Source: Methanocaldococcus sp. 16A (lineage in GTDB: Archaea; AGJL01; Methanococci; Methanococcales; Methanocaldococcaceae). From it: 64,000 bases of DNA. The position numbers were made by a program, and so were the translations under genes. Below the pieces are notes generated by a model, which was given only the letters and a program-made list of their open reading frames with translations, did no database searches and had not been told where the DNA came from. Shown piece after piece: positions 10,147-20,390 of the stretch; within the stretch, counting starts at the first letter, position 1, and the number at the start of each line of letters is the position of its first letter. The stretch lies in assembly GCA_049860595.1 (NCBI GenBank), contig CP187551.1. One strand, written 5' to 3'.

Positions 10147-10374
10147 ATGTCAGATGAGAGGAAATATACTACTGTTTCAATACCAATCCAACTTTATGAA
10201 AAGATTAAAAAAAGAATTGAAGGTACTGGATTTACATCTGTCTCAGATTATGTAACCTATGTTTTGAGGGAAGTTTTAGCAAGTTTAGAAGAGGAAGAGA
10301 AAGAAGAAGTATTTAGTGAGGAGGAAGAGGAGAAGGTTAAAGAGAGATTAAGAGCATTAGGATATTTAGACTAA
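10147..10374 (+). CDS. Ribbon-helix-helix (CopG-type) protein with acidic C-terminal ERLRALGYLD tail
   Basis: TTVSIP..LYEKIK...GFTSVSDYV RHH pattern; AAGGTGA RBS. Confidence 0.85.
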   Translation: MSDERKYTTVSIPIQLYEKIKKRIEGTGFTSVSDYVTYVLREVLASLEEEEKEEVFSEEEEEKVKERLRALGYLD

Positions 10375-10377
10375 TAG

Positions 10378-10401
10378 ATTTTTTGCATATTTTTTATTTT
10401 T
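10378..10401 (+). terminator. Putative oligo-T terminator between the RHH gene and sat
   Basis: Several T runs directly after the stop codon. Confidence 0.35.
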
Positions 10402-10437
10402 AATTAAACTTAATTAAATATCATTATGGTGATAATA

Positions 10438-11586
10438 ATGGTCTCAAAGCCACATGGAGGAAAATTAGTTAGAAAATTATTATCTGAGAAAAGTAAAGAG
10501 AGAATTTTAGAAGAAAAAGATGAATATCAAAAAATAAGTATTAGGGAAGGAACTGCAATAGACATTGAAAATATTGCACATGGAATATACTCCCCACTTG
10601 AAGGGTTTTTAAGAGAAGAAGAATTTCAACATGTTTTAGATAATATGAGATTGCCTGATGATTTACCATGGAGCATTCCTATAGTTTTAGATGTAAAAGA
10701 AGAGGATTTAAAATTTGATGTTGGAGATGAAATCCTTTTATATCATGGAGATATTCCAGTTGCAGTTATGAATGTTGATGATATCTACAAATATGATAAG
10801 AAAGAATTTGCTCAAAAAGTCTTTAAAACAACAGATATAGATCATCCTGGAGTAGCAAAAGTTTATAATATGAATGAATATCTTGTTGGTGGAGAGATTA
10901 GACTTTTAAATGAATTGCCTAACCCCTTTGAAAAATACACCTTAAGACCAATAGAAACAAGAGTGTTATTTAAAGAGAGAAAATTTGAAACTATTGTAGC
11001 ATTTCAAACGAGGAATGTTCCTCATTTAGGGCATGAATATTTACAAAAATCTGCATTAACCTTTGTTGATGGATTGTTTATAAACCCAGTTTTAGGAAAG
11101 AAAAAGAAAGGCGATTATAAAGATGAAGTTATTTTGAAAGCATATGAAACATTATTTAAGCACTACTATCCAAAGGATTCAGCAGTTTTGGCAACAGTTA
11201 GATATGAGATGAGATATGCCGGGCCAAGAGAAGCAATACACCACGCAATAATGAGGAAGAATTTTGGATGCACACACTTTATTGTTGGAAGAGACCATGC
11301 AGGGGTTGGAAATTATTACGGTCCTTACGAAGCACAAGAAATATTTAAAAACTTCCCTGATTTGGGAATAACGCCAATGTTCTTTAAAGAATTCTTCTAT
11401 TGTAAGAAATGTAAAGGAATAGTAAATGAAAGAATCTGTCCTCACCCAATGGAAGATAGAGAATATTTCAGTGGAACTAAAATCAGAAATATGATTGTTA
11501 ATGGTGAAATACCTCCAGAATACTTCATGAGAAAAGAGGTTTATGAAACAATAATGAGTTTTGAAAACCCATTTGTGGATGGTTAA
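10438..11586 (+). CDS. sat: Sulfate adenylyltransferase (ATP sulfurylase)
   Basis: PHGGKL, AFQTRNVPHLGHE, RYAGPREA, VGRDHAG, Zn site CKKC..CPH. Start at 10438, behind GGTGAT. Confidence 0.97.
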   Translation: MVSKPHGGKLVRKLLSEKSKERILEEKDEYQKISIREGTAIDIENIAHGIYSPLEGFLREEEFQHVLDNMRLPDDLPWSIPIVLDVKEEDLKFDVGDEILLYHGDIPVAVMNVDDIYKYDKKEFAQKVFKTTDIDHPGVAKVYNMNEYLVGGEIRLLNELPNPFEKYTLRPIETRVLFKERKFETIVAFQTRNVPHLGHEYLQKSALTFVDGLFINPVLGKKKKGDYKDEVILKAYETLFKHYYPKDSAVLATVRYEMRYAGPREAIHHAIMRKNFGCTHFIVGRDHAGVGNYYGPYEAQEIFKNFPDLGITPMFFKEFFYCKKCKGIVNERICPHPMEDREYFSGTKIRNMIVNGEIPPEYFMRKEVYETIMSFENPFVDG

Positions 11587-11587
11587 T

Positions 11588-12520
11588 ATGCTAATAATTC
11601 ACCATTGGGATACTGATGGAATAACTTCAGCAGCTTTAACAGTTAAAGCTTTAAATTTAGAGGATTTTATAAATGTAATTCCACCAATTGGTGAGTTTAG
11701 ATTTGATGAAAGAATATGGAAAAAAATTGAACAGGCAGAAAAAGTTTATGTTTTGGATTTAAATCTCCCGCAAGAAGTAGAAAATATTAACAAGGAAACA
11801 ATATTCATCGATCATCACATACAAAAAAGGATTGAAAATCCAAATGTTAAGCAAATAAATCCAGTTTTAGAAGGTAAAAATTTTCCATCTGCATCTTTTG
11901 TGGTTTCAGATTATTTCTCATACTGGAACTGTTTATCTGCACTTGGAGCTGTGGGGGATATTGGAGAGAAGGCATTTAACATTTCAAAAGTTAAAAAACT
12001 TCTGAATTTGGAAGAAATTGATAGGGAAGATGCATTAAAATTGGTTCAATTGATTGATTCAAATTATATTGTAATGGAAAGAGATGAGGTTGAAAATGCC
12101 GTGAAAGTTATTTTAAACTTAGAGCCAAAAGAACTTTTAGAGTATGAAAAATGGAATAAGAATCTTGAAAAAATCAATGATGCAATAGAAGATGCAATTT
12201 CAAATATAATAGTTAAAAATGGAATCGCATTTATTAAATTTGAGAGTAAATTTAACATTATCTCAAAAGTTGCAAGGAAAGTCGTTTGGAAAATGGGTTA
12301 TGATGGAGCAGTAGTTGTAAATGAAGATTTTAACGGAAAAGCACAGATATATTTCAGAATTTCATCTAATTTAACTGACAAAATAAAGATGGCTGAACTT
12401 ATCCAAACATTAAAAGACAAAAATTACAACGCTGGTGGGAAGAAGGATGTCTTAGGATGTATTTTGGAAAAAAGTGATGTTGATGATGTTTTGAAAATTA
12501 TTAATACATATTTAAGGTGA
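11588..12520 (+). CDS. DHH-family phosphoesterase, likely PAP (3'-phosphoadenosine 5'-phosphate) phosphatase
   Basis: HHWDTDG, VLD, IDHH, AGG; lies between sat and cysC. Start at ATG 11588. Confidence 0.8.
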   Translation: MLIIHHWDTDGITSAALTVKALNLEDFINVIPPIGEFRFDERIWKKIEQAEKVYVLDLNLPQEVENINKETIFIDHHIQKRIENPNVKQINPVLEGKNFPSASFVVSDYFSYWNCLSALGAVGDIGEKAFNISKVKKLLNLEEIDREDALKLVQLIDSNYIVMERDEVENAVKVILNLEPKELLEYEKWNKNLEKINDAIEDAISNIIVKNGIAFIKFESKFNIISKVARKVVWKMGYDGAVVVNEDFNGKAQIYFRISSNLTDKIKMAELIQTLKDKNYNAGGKKDVLGCILEKSDVDDVLKIINTYLR

Positions 12521-12524
12521 TAGA

Positions 12525-13916
12525 ATGGAGAATGTAAAAAAAGCATTTGTTATTGGCTTAGATTCTGCACCTCCAGAACTTTTATTTGATAAGTTATTAG
12601 ATAAATTGCCAAACATAAAAAAACTTTTAGAGAAATCAATATATGGCCCTATGAAAAGTTGTATTCCTGCTATAACCATTCCTGCCTGGATGGTGATGGC
12701 TACTGGTAAAACTCCAGGAGAATTAGGGCTTTATGGATTTAGGCATAGAAAAAAAGGAACTTATAATGATATTTGGATTGCTCACAGTTTGATGGTTAAA
12801 GAAAAAGCAGTATGGGATTATTTAGGGGAAGTAGGGAAAAAATCAATCTTAGTTGGCGTTCCTCCAAGTTATCCTCCAAAGCCTATTAAAGGACATTTGA
12901 TTTCTTGCTTTATAACCCCTGATGCATCAGTTAATTACACTTACCCAAAATCTCTCAAAAGTGAAATAGAAAACCTCGTTGGAGAGTATATATTTGACGT
13001 GGTTTTTAGGAAGGACAATAGAGATGAGGTAAAAGAATTACTTTGGGAGATGACTGAGAAGAGGTTTGAAGTTATAAGATACCTAATTCAAGAAAAAGAT
13101 TGGGACTATTTCCAATTTGTTGAAATTGGTTTGGATAGAGTCCATCATGCATTCTGGAAGTATTTTGATGAAAATCATCATTTATATCCAGGGGATGACA
13201 ATCCCTACAAAAATGTTATTCCGGATTATTACAAACTTCTCGATAAGGAAATTGGAAAAACTTTAAAATTATTAGATTTGGATGAAACCGCTGTTATTAT
13301 CGTTTCAGACCATGGTATAAAGGCGATGAAAGGGGCTTTTGCAATAAACCAGTGGTTGATTGAGGAAGGGTTATTAAAGATTAAAAATCCAGAGATTTTA
13401 GAATCTGGAAAACAGGTGAGATTTGAAGATTTGGATGTGGATTGGAAGAATACAATAGCATGGGCTTGGGGAGGTTATTACGCAAGAATCTTCCTCAATG
13501 TTGAGGGAAGAGAACCAAATGGTATAATAAAACCAGAAGATTACCATAAAGTTAGAGATGAAGTTGCTGAAATTATTAGAAGCATTAGGGGGCCAAATGG
13601 AGAGAGATGGGATACTAAGGTGTTCTATCCAGAGGATATATATCCAGAAACAAATGGAGATAAGCCAGATATGATGGTTTATTTAGACAATTTGTGTTGG
13701 AGGTCTGCTGGAACTTTGGGTTATGATAGCCCATATCTTTTAGAGAATGATACAGGGCCTGATGATGCGGTTCATTCTGAATATGGGGTATTTTCTATTT
13801 ATTTACCAGGAATGGAGGAAAGTAAGCAAATTACCTCAACTATTTATGACTTTGCTCCTACGGTTTTAAAGCTCTTTGGGATAGAAAAAAATCTTAGGGG
13901 GAGAAGTATAGTATGA
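12525..13916 (+). CDS. Alkaline phosphatase superfamily / nucleotide pyrophosphatase-like protein within the PAPS operon
   Basis: IGLDSA, PAITIPAW (Thr), DRVHH, SDHG, GPDDAVH. Confidence 0.85.
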   Translation: MENVKKAFVIGLDSAPPELLFDKLLDKLPNIKKLLEKSIYGPMKSCIPAITIPAWMVMATGKTPGELGLYGFRHRKKGTYNDIWIAHSLMVKEKAVWDYLGEVGKKSILVGVPPSYPPKPIKGHLISCFITPDASVNYTYPKSLKSEIENLVGEYIFDVVFRKDNRDEVKELLWEMTEKRFEVIRYLIQEKDWDYFQFVEIGLDRVHHAFWKYFDENHHLYPGDDNPYKNVIPDYYKLLDKEIGKTLKLLDLDETAVIIVSDHGIKAMKGAFAINQWLIEEGLLKIKNPEILESGKQVRFEDLDVDWKNTIAWAWGGYYARIFLNVEGREPNGIIKPEDYHKVRDEVAEIIRSIRGPNGERWDTKVFYPEDIYPETNGDKPDMMVYLDNLCWRSAGTLGYDSPYLLENDTGPDDAVHSEYGVFSIYLPGMEESKQITSTIYDFAPTVLKLFGIEKNLRGRSIV

Positions 13917-14452
13917 AGCAGGAAAAATCTTATATGGGATTTACAATCTGGCTCACAGGTCCTAGTGGTGCTGGAAAAACCACATTAGCTAATGCTTTAA
14001 AGAAAAAACTTAAAGAAATGGGTTACAAAGTTGAGATCTTAGATGGAGATGAAATAAGAAATTCCCTATATCCAAATTTGGGGTTTAGTAAAGAGGCAAG
14101 AGAGATGCATAATAAAGTAGTTATTCACATGGCTAAATTGTTATCAAGAAATGGAGTAATTGCAATAGTCTCTCTAATTTCTCCCTACAAATCTGTTAGG
14201 GAGTATGCGAGAAAAGAGATTGGGAGATTTATGGAGGTTTATGTTTATGCTCCTTTAGAGGAAAGAATTAAAAGAGACCCAAAAGGACTTTATGCTAAGG
14301 CATTGAAAGGAGAAATAAAAGGATTAACTGGCTATGATGGAGTTTATGAAGAGCCAGATAATCCAGAAGTTAAAGTTGACACTTCCAAAATGAGTGTTGA
14401 TGAGGAAGTTGAAATAGTAATCAAAAAGGCAAAGGAATTAAATTATCTTTAA
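13913..14452 (+). CDS. cysC: Adenylylsulfate (APS) kinase
   Basis: IWLTGPSGAGKTT, LDGDEIR, RDPKGLY, TGYDGVYEEP. Confidence 0.96.
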   Translation: MKQEKSYMGFTIWLTGPSGAGKTTLANALKKKLKEMGYKVEILDGDEIRNSLYPNLGFSKEAREMHNKVVIHMAKLLSRNGVIAIVSLISPYKSVREYARKEIGRFMEVYVYAPLEERIKRDPKGLYAKALKGEIKGLTGYDGVYEEPDNPEVKVDTSKMSVDEEVEIVIKKAKELNYL

Positions 14453-14462
14453 AGTGAGCCCT

Positions 14463-15212
14463 ATGGAATTCATATTTATAATTCTTGGGTTTGTTGTTGG
14501 GTTTCTTGTGGGTTTAACTGGAATTGGGGGAGGCGTTTTAATGACTCCTTTATTAATATTTTTGGGAGTGGAACCTCTTATAGCAGTTGGGACTGATTTA
14601 CTGTATGCTGCAATAACCAAGATTGTAGGGGCTATTTTACACAATAAAAAAGGGAATATAAATATTAACATTGCTCTAAAATTATTCTTAGGGAGTTTAC
14701 CAGCTATAATAGTTGGTTCTATAGTTTTAAGGTTGGTTGATAGAGTGGAGATAAACAATTTTTTAACAATAATACTTGGTGTAATTTTAATAATCACTTC
14801 TATTATAAATTTGAAAGGACGATTTGTAAAAAAAATATGCTTTAGTTCATCTGTTTTAGTGTTCTTTGGATTTTTAGTAGGTTTGATAGTCCAATTTACA
14901 TCAGTTGGTAGTGGTGTTTTAGTAACTCTTGCATTAACGAATTTCACAAAACTTTTACCAAGATCTGTTGTTGGAACAAGTATTTTCTATGGCCTCTTAT
15001 TAACTTCGCTCAGTACTTTGAGCCATATAAGTTTGGGAAATGTTGATTACAGTTTAGCTTTATCGCTAATACTTGGAACCATTCCTGGAGTTTATGTTGG
15101 GACCTATGTGAATTCTAACATCCCACAGGACAAACTTAGGAAATTTATTAATTTGATAATTTTATTTATGGGAATTTATATTTTAGAATGTAACCTATTA
15201 AAATTTGTTTAA
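14463..15212 (+). CDS. TauE/SafE (TSUP) sulfur-compound transporter
   Basis: GLTGIGGG, AVGTDL, SVGSG, VVGTS; two-repeat membrane protein. ATG 14463 or GTG 14454. Confidence 0.88.
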   Translation: MEFIFIILGFVVGFLVGLTGIGGGVLMTPLLIFLGVEPLIAVGTDLLYAAITKIVGAILHNKKGNININIALKLFLGSLPAIIVGSIVLRLVDRVEINNFLTIILGVILIITSIINLKGRFVKKICFSSSVLVFFGFLVGLIVQFTSVGSGVLVTLALTNFTKLLPRSVVGTSIFYGLLLTSLSTLSHISLGNVDYSLALSLILGTIPGVYVGTYVNSNIPQDKLRKFINLIILFMGIYILECNLLKFV

Positions 15213-15326
15213 AGCTTTTAAAAATGGAATTTGGACAATTTGTAGAATTTTAGAGTTTAAAATTAATATTAATTTTAATTTTAGACTTTAAACAGAATAC
15301 TTAAGTATTTCAATAATTCTTAATAA

Positions 15327-16382
15327 TTATAAAATTCTTTTTATAGCATTCCAAATTAAGAAAGATTGAGGCTTTAAACTTCCATCTATTGGATTTAAAA
15401 ACAATATATTTTTTTTAATTAAGAATTCTTTGGTGTCCTCATCAATCAAGTATTCGTCAATTGTGTAGGTATCTTTGAATAAAGAAAGTGCTTTAACAAC
15501 GTTATCATAGGATATATTTTCAAACTTGTTATTTTTTATTTTTATAAGTAATTTCTTTATCTTTGATTTTTCTATGTTTAACATCGTCTCTAAAATTTCT
15601 TTAAGCTTATTATATCTCATTTTATCTATAACTTTTAAAATTAAAATGGGCTTTCCCCCCACATAAGAGTAAATTAACTCTTTCTCTTCGTTAGAGAGAT
15701 TTCTATTTAACAACTCTTTAGCTAAGATATCCATAAACTTAAAAGCAGTCTCTCTATCGAAATCATCCACCAAAATATAATCAGCTCTATCATTGAGCAT
15801 TGCCTCATTATAAACCTTCTCAATAAATAAGCTATCAGAGCTTAAACAGAAAACATGGCATAGATGTTTGTGCTTAGTTAAAGAGATGAAGTAGTTAAAA
15901 AGTTCATATATTAAAAATCCATTAATTTTCATGTCACCAATTTTTTGTAATTCGTCGAGGATAATAACTGGCTGTTTGCCTTGCTTTTTTAACTCTAACA
16001 AAATATTAGTTATATATTTGAAAACATTTTTAGTTGTTTTTTTATTTAACAACTCATTTAACGTATTTTTAGGTACAGGAATGCCACTAACAACAGGAAT
16101 ATCTTTAATTAGCCCTTTAATAATCTCTAATGGTTTTTTATCTCCGCTGTATTCTTCAAACAACACCTCTATAAACTCCTCATATTTTGATAAAAATATC
16201 TCCCTCAAATCAAAATAAAAAACTATATACCTATTTTTATCCAACCTGTTGTTAATTATCTCATTAATTAATGCTGTCTTTCCACTGTTTATAGGGCCAA
16301 ATATAAAGTAAATAAAATTAGGCTCCCCTTCTATAATAGATAAAATTTCTTTTATTTCCTTTTCTCTATCAAAGAATTTCAT
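15327..16382 (-). CDS. MJ-type archaeal ATPase (ATPase_2 / STAND-like) paralog 1
   Basis: [32 protein letters not shown]. Confidence 0.88.
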   Translation of the reverse strand: MKFFDREKEIKEILSIIEGEPNFIYFIFGPINSGKTALINEIINNRLDKNRYIVFYFDLREIFLSKYEEFIEVLFEEYSGDKKPLEIIKGLIKDIPVVSGIPVPKNTLNELLNKKTTKNVFKYITNILLELKKQGKQPVIILDELQKIGDMKINGFLIYELFNYFISLTKHKHLCHVFCLSSDSLFIEKVYNEAMLNDRADYILVDDFDRETAFKFMDILAKELLNRNLSNEEKELIYSYVGGKPILILKVIDKMRYNKLKEILETMLNIEKSKIKKLLIKIKNNKFENISYDNVVKALSLFKDTYTIDEYLIDEDTKEFLIKKNILFLNPIDGSLKPQSFLIWNAIKRIL

Positions 16383-16396
16383 TTTTAACACCCTAA

Positions 16397-17494
16397 TTAA
16401 AGTATTTCTTTTATAGCGTTCCAAACTAAGAAAGACTGAGGTTTTAAACTTCCTTCAATAGGATTCAAAAATAAAATATTTCTTTTAATTAAGAACTCTC
16501 TAATTTTTTTAGGTATTTTTATATCTTCAATTTTATACTCTTTCTTAAATAAACTTAAATTATCAACAACCTTTTTATAGAGTTCTTCATCTTCTTCTTT
16601 AACATCTTCTAAGAAGTATTTTAATTTCTGAATTTCTTCTTTTAACATTAAATCTAAAATTTCTTTTAACTCTTTAAATTTCCTTTCTTCAACAACATAC
16701 TTTATATCCTTTGCTTTTCCACCTACATAAGAATAGATTAATTCTTTATCCTCATTAGTCAAGTTTATATTATTTTCTTTAGCTAAAAAATCCATAAACT
16801 TTAGAGCTTTATCTTTAGAGAAATCATCTACTAAAACATATTTAGCTCTACCCTCCAACATTGCCTCATTATAAACTCTCTCAATAAATAAACTATCTGA
16901 ACTTAAACAAAAAACATAAGCTACATGTAACTCTTTAGTTAATCTAACAAAAAAGTTAAAAAGTTTATAAATTAAAAATCCATTAATCTTCAAATCACCA
17001 ATAACTTGCAATTCGTCTATAATTAAAATAGATTTTTTGCCTTTTTTATTTATTTCAATAAAATACTCTTCTAAGAATTCAAAAATATCCTCTATATTGT
17101 CTTTTTTCAACAATAGTTGTGTTAATAAATTTTTAGGTATTGGTATTCCGCTAACAACTCCTCCTGATAACTTAGATATTATAGTTGATTTTATAACCTC
17201 TGGAAGGTCTTTTACTAAAGACAATAGAGCAGTTTTTATCTTATCAATCAAAGATTCCTCATAAACATTAAATAAAACCTTTAAAAACTTATCATAATCA
17301 TCAATAAACCTTCCCCTAAGATTTATATAAAATACTACATACTTATTTTTATCTAACCTATTGTTAATTATCTCATTAATTAAGGCAGTTTTACCACTAT
17401 TTAATGGACCATAAATAAAATAAATATCATCCGATTCCTTATTTAAAATATGCAATATCTCATCAATTTCTTTTTCTCTATCAAAAAGTTTCAT
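16397..17494 (-). CDS. MJ-type archaeal ATPase paralog 2
   Basis: [27 protein letters not shown]. Confidence 0.88.
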   Translation of the reverse strand: MKLFDREKEIDEILHILNKESDDIYFIYGPLNSGKTALINEIINNRLDKNKYVVFYINLRGRFIDDYDKFLKVLFNVYEESLIDKIKTALLSLVKDLPEVIKSTIISKLSGGVVSGIPIPKNLLTQLLLKKDNIEDIFEFLEEYFIEINKKGKKSILIIDELQVIGDLKINGFLIYKLFNFFVRLTKELHVAYVFCLSSDSLFIERVYNEAMLEGRAKYVLVDDFSKDKALKFMDFLAKENNINLTNEDKELIYSYVGGKAKDIKYVVEERKFKELKEILDLMLKEEIQKLKYFLEDVKEEDEELYKKVVDNLSLFKKEYKIEDIKIPKKIREFLIKRNILFLNPIEGSLKPQSFLVWNAIKEIL

Positions 17495-17531
17495 TAGATT
17501 CACCATTTAATAACCTTCAAAACTTATTTTC

Positions 17532-17627
17532 AATAGGACTTCGCAGTTTATATATTTATTAATGAAAAAAATGATGCCAAAGGCATCAAATATTCCTTCT
17601 AATATTTATTCCTGCGAAAGTCTTATT
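17532..17627. repeat. MJRE-like palindromic repeat, copy 1 (overlaps the rmlD 3' end)
   Basis: AATAGGACTTCGCAG ... CTGCGAAAGTCTTATT termini; central hairpin TGATGCC-AAA-GGCATCA. Confidence 0.88.
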
Positions 17628-18497
17628 CAATTCATTTAATGCTTCATCAACATTTTTTAATTTAATATTCAACAATTTTTCAACTTTCTCACTATTTAAA
17701 GATGTATCTTTTGGTCTCTTAGCTTTCCATCCCAATTCAGAACTTTTAATTGGTTTTATTAGGTCTTTGTTATAACCAAAAACCTCAGCAACTTTCAAAG
17801 CAAACTCATACCTACTAACTTTTTCTCCCCCACCGAAGTGCAATAATCCATTAATATCATTTTCATAAATTTTGATAATTCCCTCAACTAACTCATTAAC
17901 ATAAGTAGGAGTGTTCCATTGGTCAATTACTGCTTTTATAACCTCATTATTTTTCAATTTTTCTAAAACCCACATAAAGAAATTAACTTTAATTGGACTT
18001 ATACAGTAAGGAACAGATATTCTAACAATAGATATTGCATCATAATCTAATTCATTTAATAATCTCTCCCCTTCTGCTTTTGTATATCCATAATAATTTA
18101 TGGGATTGATTATATCCTCTTCTGTGTAATTTCCTTTTTCTCCATCAAAAACATAATCGGTAGAGATGTGGCATAAATTACAACCAATTTCTTTACAAAT
18201 CTCTCCAATATATTTAGCTCCTAAGGCATTTATTTTATAAGCTAAATCCCTCTCAATTTCACACAAATCAACATTTGTCATTGCTGCAGTATTTATAACA
18301 AAATCAGGATTTATTTTTCTTATTGTTTCTTTGATTTTATTTTCAATGGTTATGTCAACAAAATATTTTTTTACATCTTTAAAAAATCCTTTATCACTTC
18401 TTGTTATAATATAAATTTCATAATCATCCAATTCCAAATATTTCTTAACTAACTCATAGCCAATCATCCCTAAGCCAATAACGGCTACTTTTTCCAT
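17586..18497 (-). CDS. rfbD: dTDP-4-dehydrorhamnose reductase
   Basis: AAMTNVDLCE, ISTDYVFDG, YGYTK, RPKDTSL. Confidence 0.93.
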   Translation of the reverse strand: MEKVAVIGLGMIGYELVKKYLELDDYEIYIITRSDKGFFKDVKKYFVDITIENKIKETIRKINPDFVINTAAMTNVDLCEIERDLAYKINALGAKYIGEICKEIGCNLCHISTDYVFDGEKGNYTEEDIINPINYYGYTKAEGERLLNELDYDAISIVRISVPYCISPIKVNFFMWVLEKLKNNEVIKAVIDQWNTPTYVNELVEGIIKIYENDINGLLHFGGGEKVSRYEFALKVAEVFGYNKDLIKPIKSSELGWKAKRPKDTSLNSEKVEKLLNIKLKNVDEALNELNKTFAGINIRRNI

Positions 18498-18501
18498 AAA
18501 A

Positions 18502-19497
18502 TCACCATTTTAACTTCCAAGGTGTTGGATGTAAAACCTTCTCATTAATTAATGGCTTCCACCACCACTCGTTGTTAAGATACCATTCAACTGTCTCTCT
18601 CAACCCCTCTTTAAATTCAAACTTTGGTTTCCAACCAAGTTCTTTTATTTTAGTGGCATCTAAGCTGTATCTTATATCATGCCCTGGTCTGTCCTCAACA
18701 AATTCTATTAAATCATAAGATTTATTCATAATCTTTAATATTTCCTTAACAACATCTATATTCTTTTTCTCTTGATTTGAAGCTATATTATAAATTTCTC
18801 TCTTTTCCCCTTTCTCCAAAACTAACTCTATTCCTCTACAGTGGTCTAAAACATAAAGCCAATCTCTAACATTCTCTCCTTTTCCATATACTGGTATTTT
18901 TAAATCCATTTTAGCCCTAATTATTGTTTTAGGAATCAATTTTTCTGGAAATTGGTAAGGCCCATAATTGTTTGAACATCTTGTTATCTTTGCATTTAAG
19001 TTGTAGGTTCTTGCCCATCCTAAAACAAGCATATCTCCTCCTGCTTTACTTGCAGAGTAAGGAGATGATGGTAGTAATCTATCATTTTCTGTAAAAGATC
19101 CTTCTTCAATATCTCCATAAATCTCATCCGTACTGACCTGAACAAAATTTACTTCTGGATTATACTTCCTAATTGCCTCTAATATTGTATAAACTCCAAT
19201 AATATTACTCTCTATGAATGAATAAGGATTGGATATACTCCTATCCACATGAGTCTCTGCTGCGAAATTTACAACTGCATCAACCCCTTTAATAATCTCC
19301 GAGACTAACTCAAAGTCAGTAATATCTCCTTTAATAAATTTATGTCTATCCTCATCTATTCCCTTCAAATTCTCCAAGTTTGAACCATATCCAAGTTTAT
19401 CCAAATTTATAACTTCCCAATCTTTGTGTTTATCTAAAATATATCTTATAAAATTACTCCCTATAAAACCAGCCCCTCCTGTTACCAATATTCTCAT
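18502..19497 (-). CDS. rfbB: dTDP-glucose 4,6-dehydratase
   Basis: GGAGFIG, AAETHVDRS, STDEIYG, YSASK, DRPGHD. Confidence 0.96.
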   Translation of the reverse strand: MRILVTGGAGFIGSNFIRYILDKHKDWEVINLDKLGYGSNLENLKGIDEDRHKFIKGDITDFELVSEIIKGVDAVVNFAAETHVDRSISNPYSFIESNIIGVYTILEAIRKYNPEVNFVQVSTDEIYGDIEEGSFTENDRLLPSSPYSASKAGGDMLVLGWARTYNLNAKITRCSNNYGPYQFPEKLIPKTIIRAKMDLKIPVYGKGENVRDWLYVLDHCRGIELVLEKGEKREIYNIASNQEKKNIDVVKEILKIMNKSYDLIEFVEDRPGHDIRYSLDATKIKELGWKPKFEFKEGLRETVEWYLNNEWWWKPLINEKVLHPTPWKLKW

Positions 19498-19499
19498 TT

Positions 19500-20378
19500 T
19501 TACCCCTCATTTGCTAATCTTTCTAAATATCTTCCATAGTCAGTTTTTAATAATGGTTTAGCAAGCTCCAATAACTGTTCTTTAGTTATCCATCCATTTC
19601 TATATGCAATCTCTTCCAAGCAACCTATCATTAACCCCTGCCTTTTTTCAATTGCTGCAACAAAGTTTGTCGCTTCTAATAAACTTTCATGAGTCCCAGC
19701 ATCAAACCATGCAATTCCTCTTGGTAAAAGCTTAACTTTCAGCTTTCCTTTTTTTAGATATTCATTGTTTATATCAGTTATTTCCAATTCCCCCCTCCAA
19801 GAAGGTTTTACATTTTTAGCTATTTCAATAACCTCATTATCATAGAAATATAATCCAATGACTGCATAGTTTGATGGAGGATTCTTAGGTTTTTCTATTA
19901 TTGATTTTACATTTTTATTTTCATCAAATTCAATAACTCCATATCTCTCTGGGTCATTTACATACTGCCCAAATACAACCCCTCCCCCTTCTTTTTCTAA
20001 CTCTTCTTTTGCTTCAAGTAAAAGTCCAGTTAATCCACTACCATATAAAATATTGTCTCCCAAAATTAGGCAAACATTATCATCTCCTATAAAATCCTCT
20101 CCAATAATAAATGCCTCCGCCAATCCTCTTGGTTCTTTCTGCTCTTTATATTGCAAATTTATTCCAAATTGACTTCCATCTCCTAAGAGTTTTTTAAATC
20201 TTGGTAAATCTTCAGGAGTTGAGATTATCAATATATCTTTAATCTGAGCTAACATCAAAATTGATAATGGATAATATATCATTGGTTTATTGTATATTGG
20301 AATTAGATGTTTATTTCCAGCATAGGTTATTGGATATAACCTTGTTCCTGATCCTCCAGCCAATACAATCCCTTTCAT
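19500..20378 (-). CDS. rfbA: Glucose-1-phosphate thymidylyltransferase
   Basis: [28 protein letters not shown]. Confidence 0.96.
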   Translation of the reverse strand: MKGIVLAGGSGTRLYPITYAGNKHLIPIYNKPMIYYPLSILMLAQIKDILIISTPEDLPRFKKLLGDGSQFGINLQYKEQKEPRGLAEAFIIGEDFIGDDNVCLILGDNILYGSGLTGLLLEAKEELEKEGGGVVFGQYVNDPERYGVIEFDENKNVKSIIEKPKNPPSNYAVIGLYFYDNEVIEIAKNVKPSWRGELEITDINNEYLKKGKLKVKLLPRGIAWFDAGTHESLLEATNFVAAIEKRQGLMIGCLEEIAYRNGWITKEQLLELAKPLLKTDYGRYLERLANEG

Positions 20379-20390
20379 ATTATCACCTTT

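Noticed and set aside
10438-15212. Complete assimilatory or dissimilatory sulfate reduction
   Set aside because: No APS/PAPS reductase or sulfite reductase in the window. Genes elsewhere cannot be excluded.
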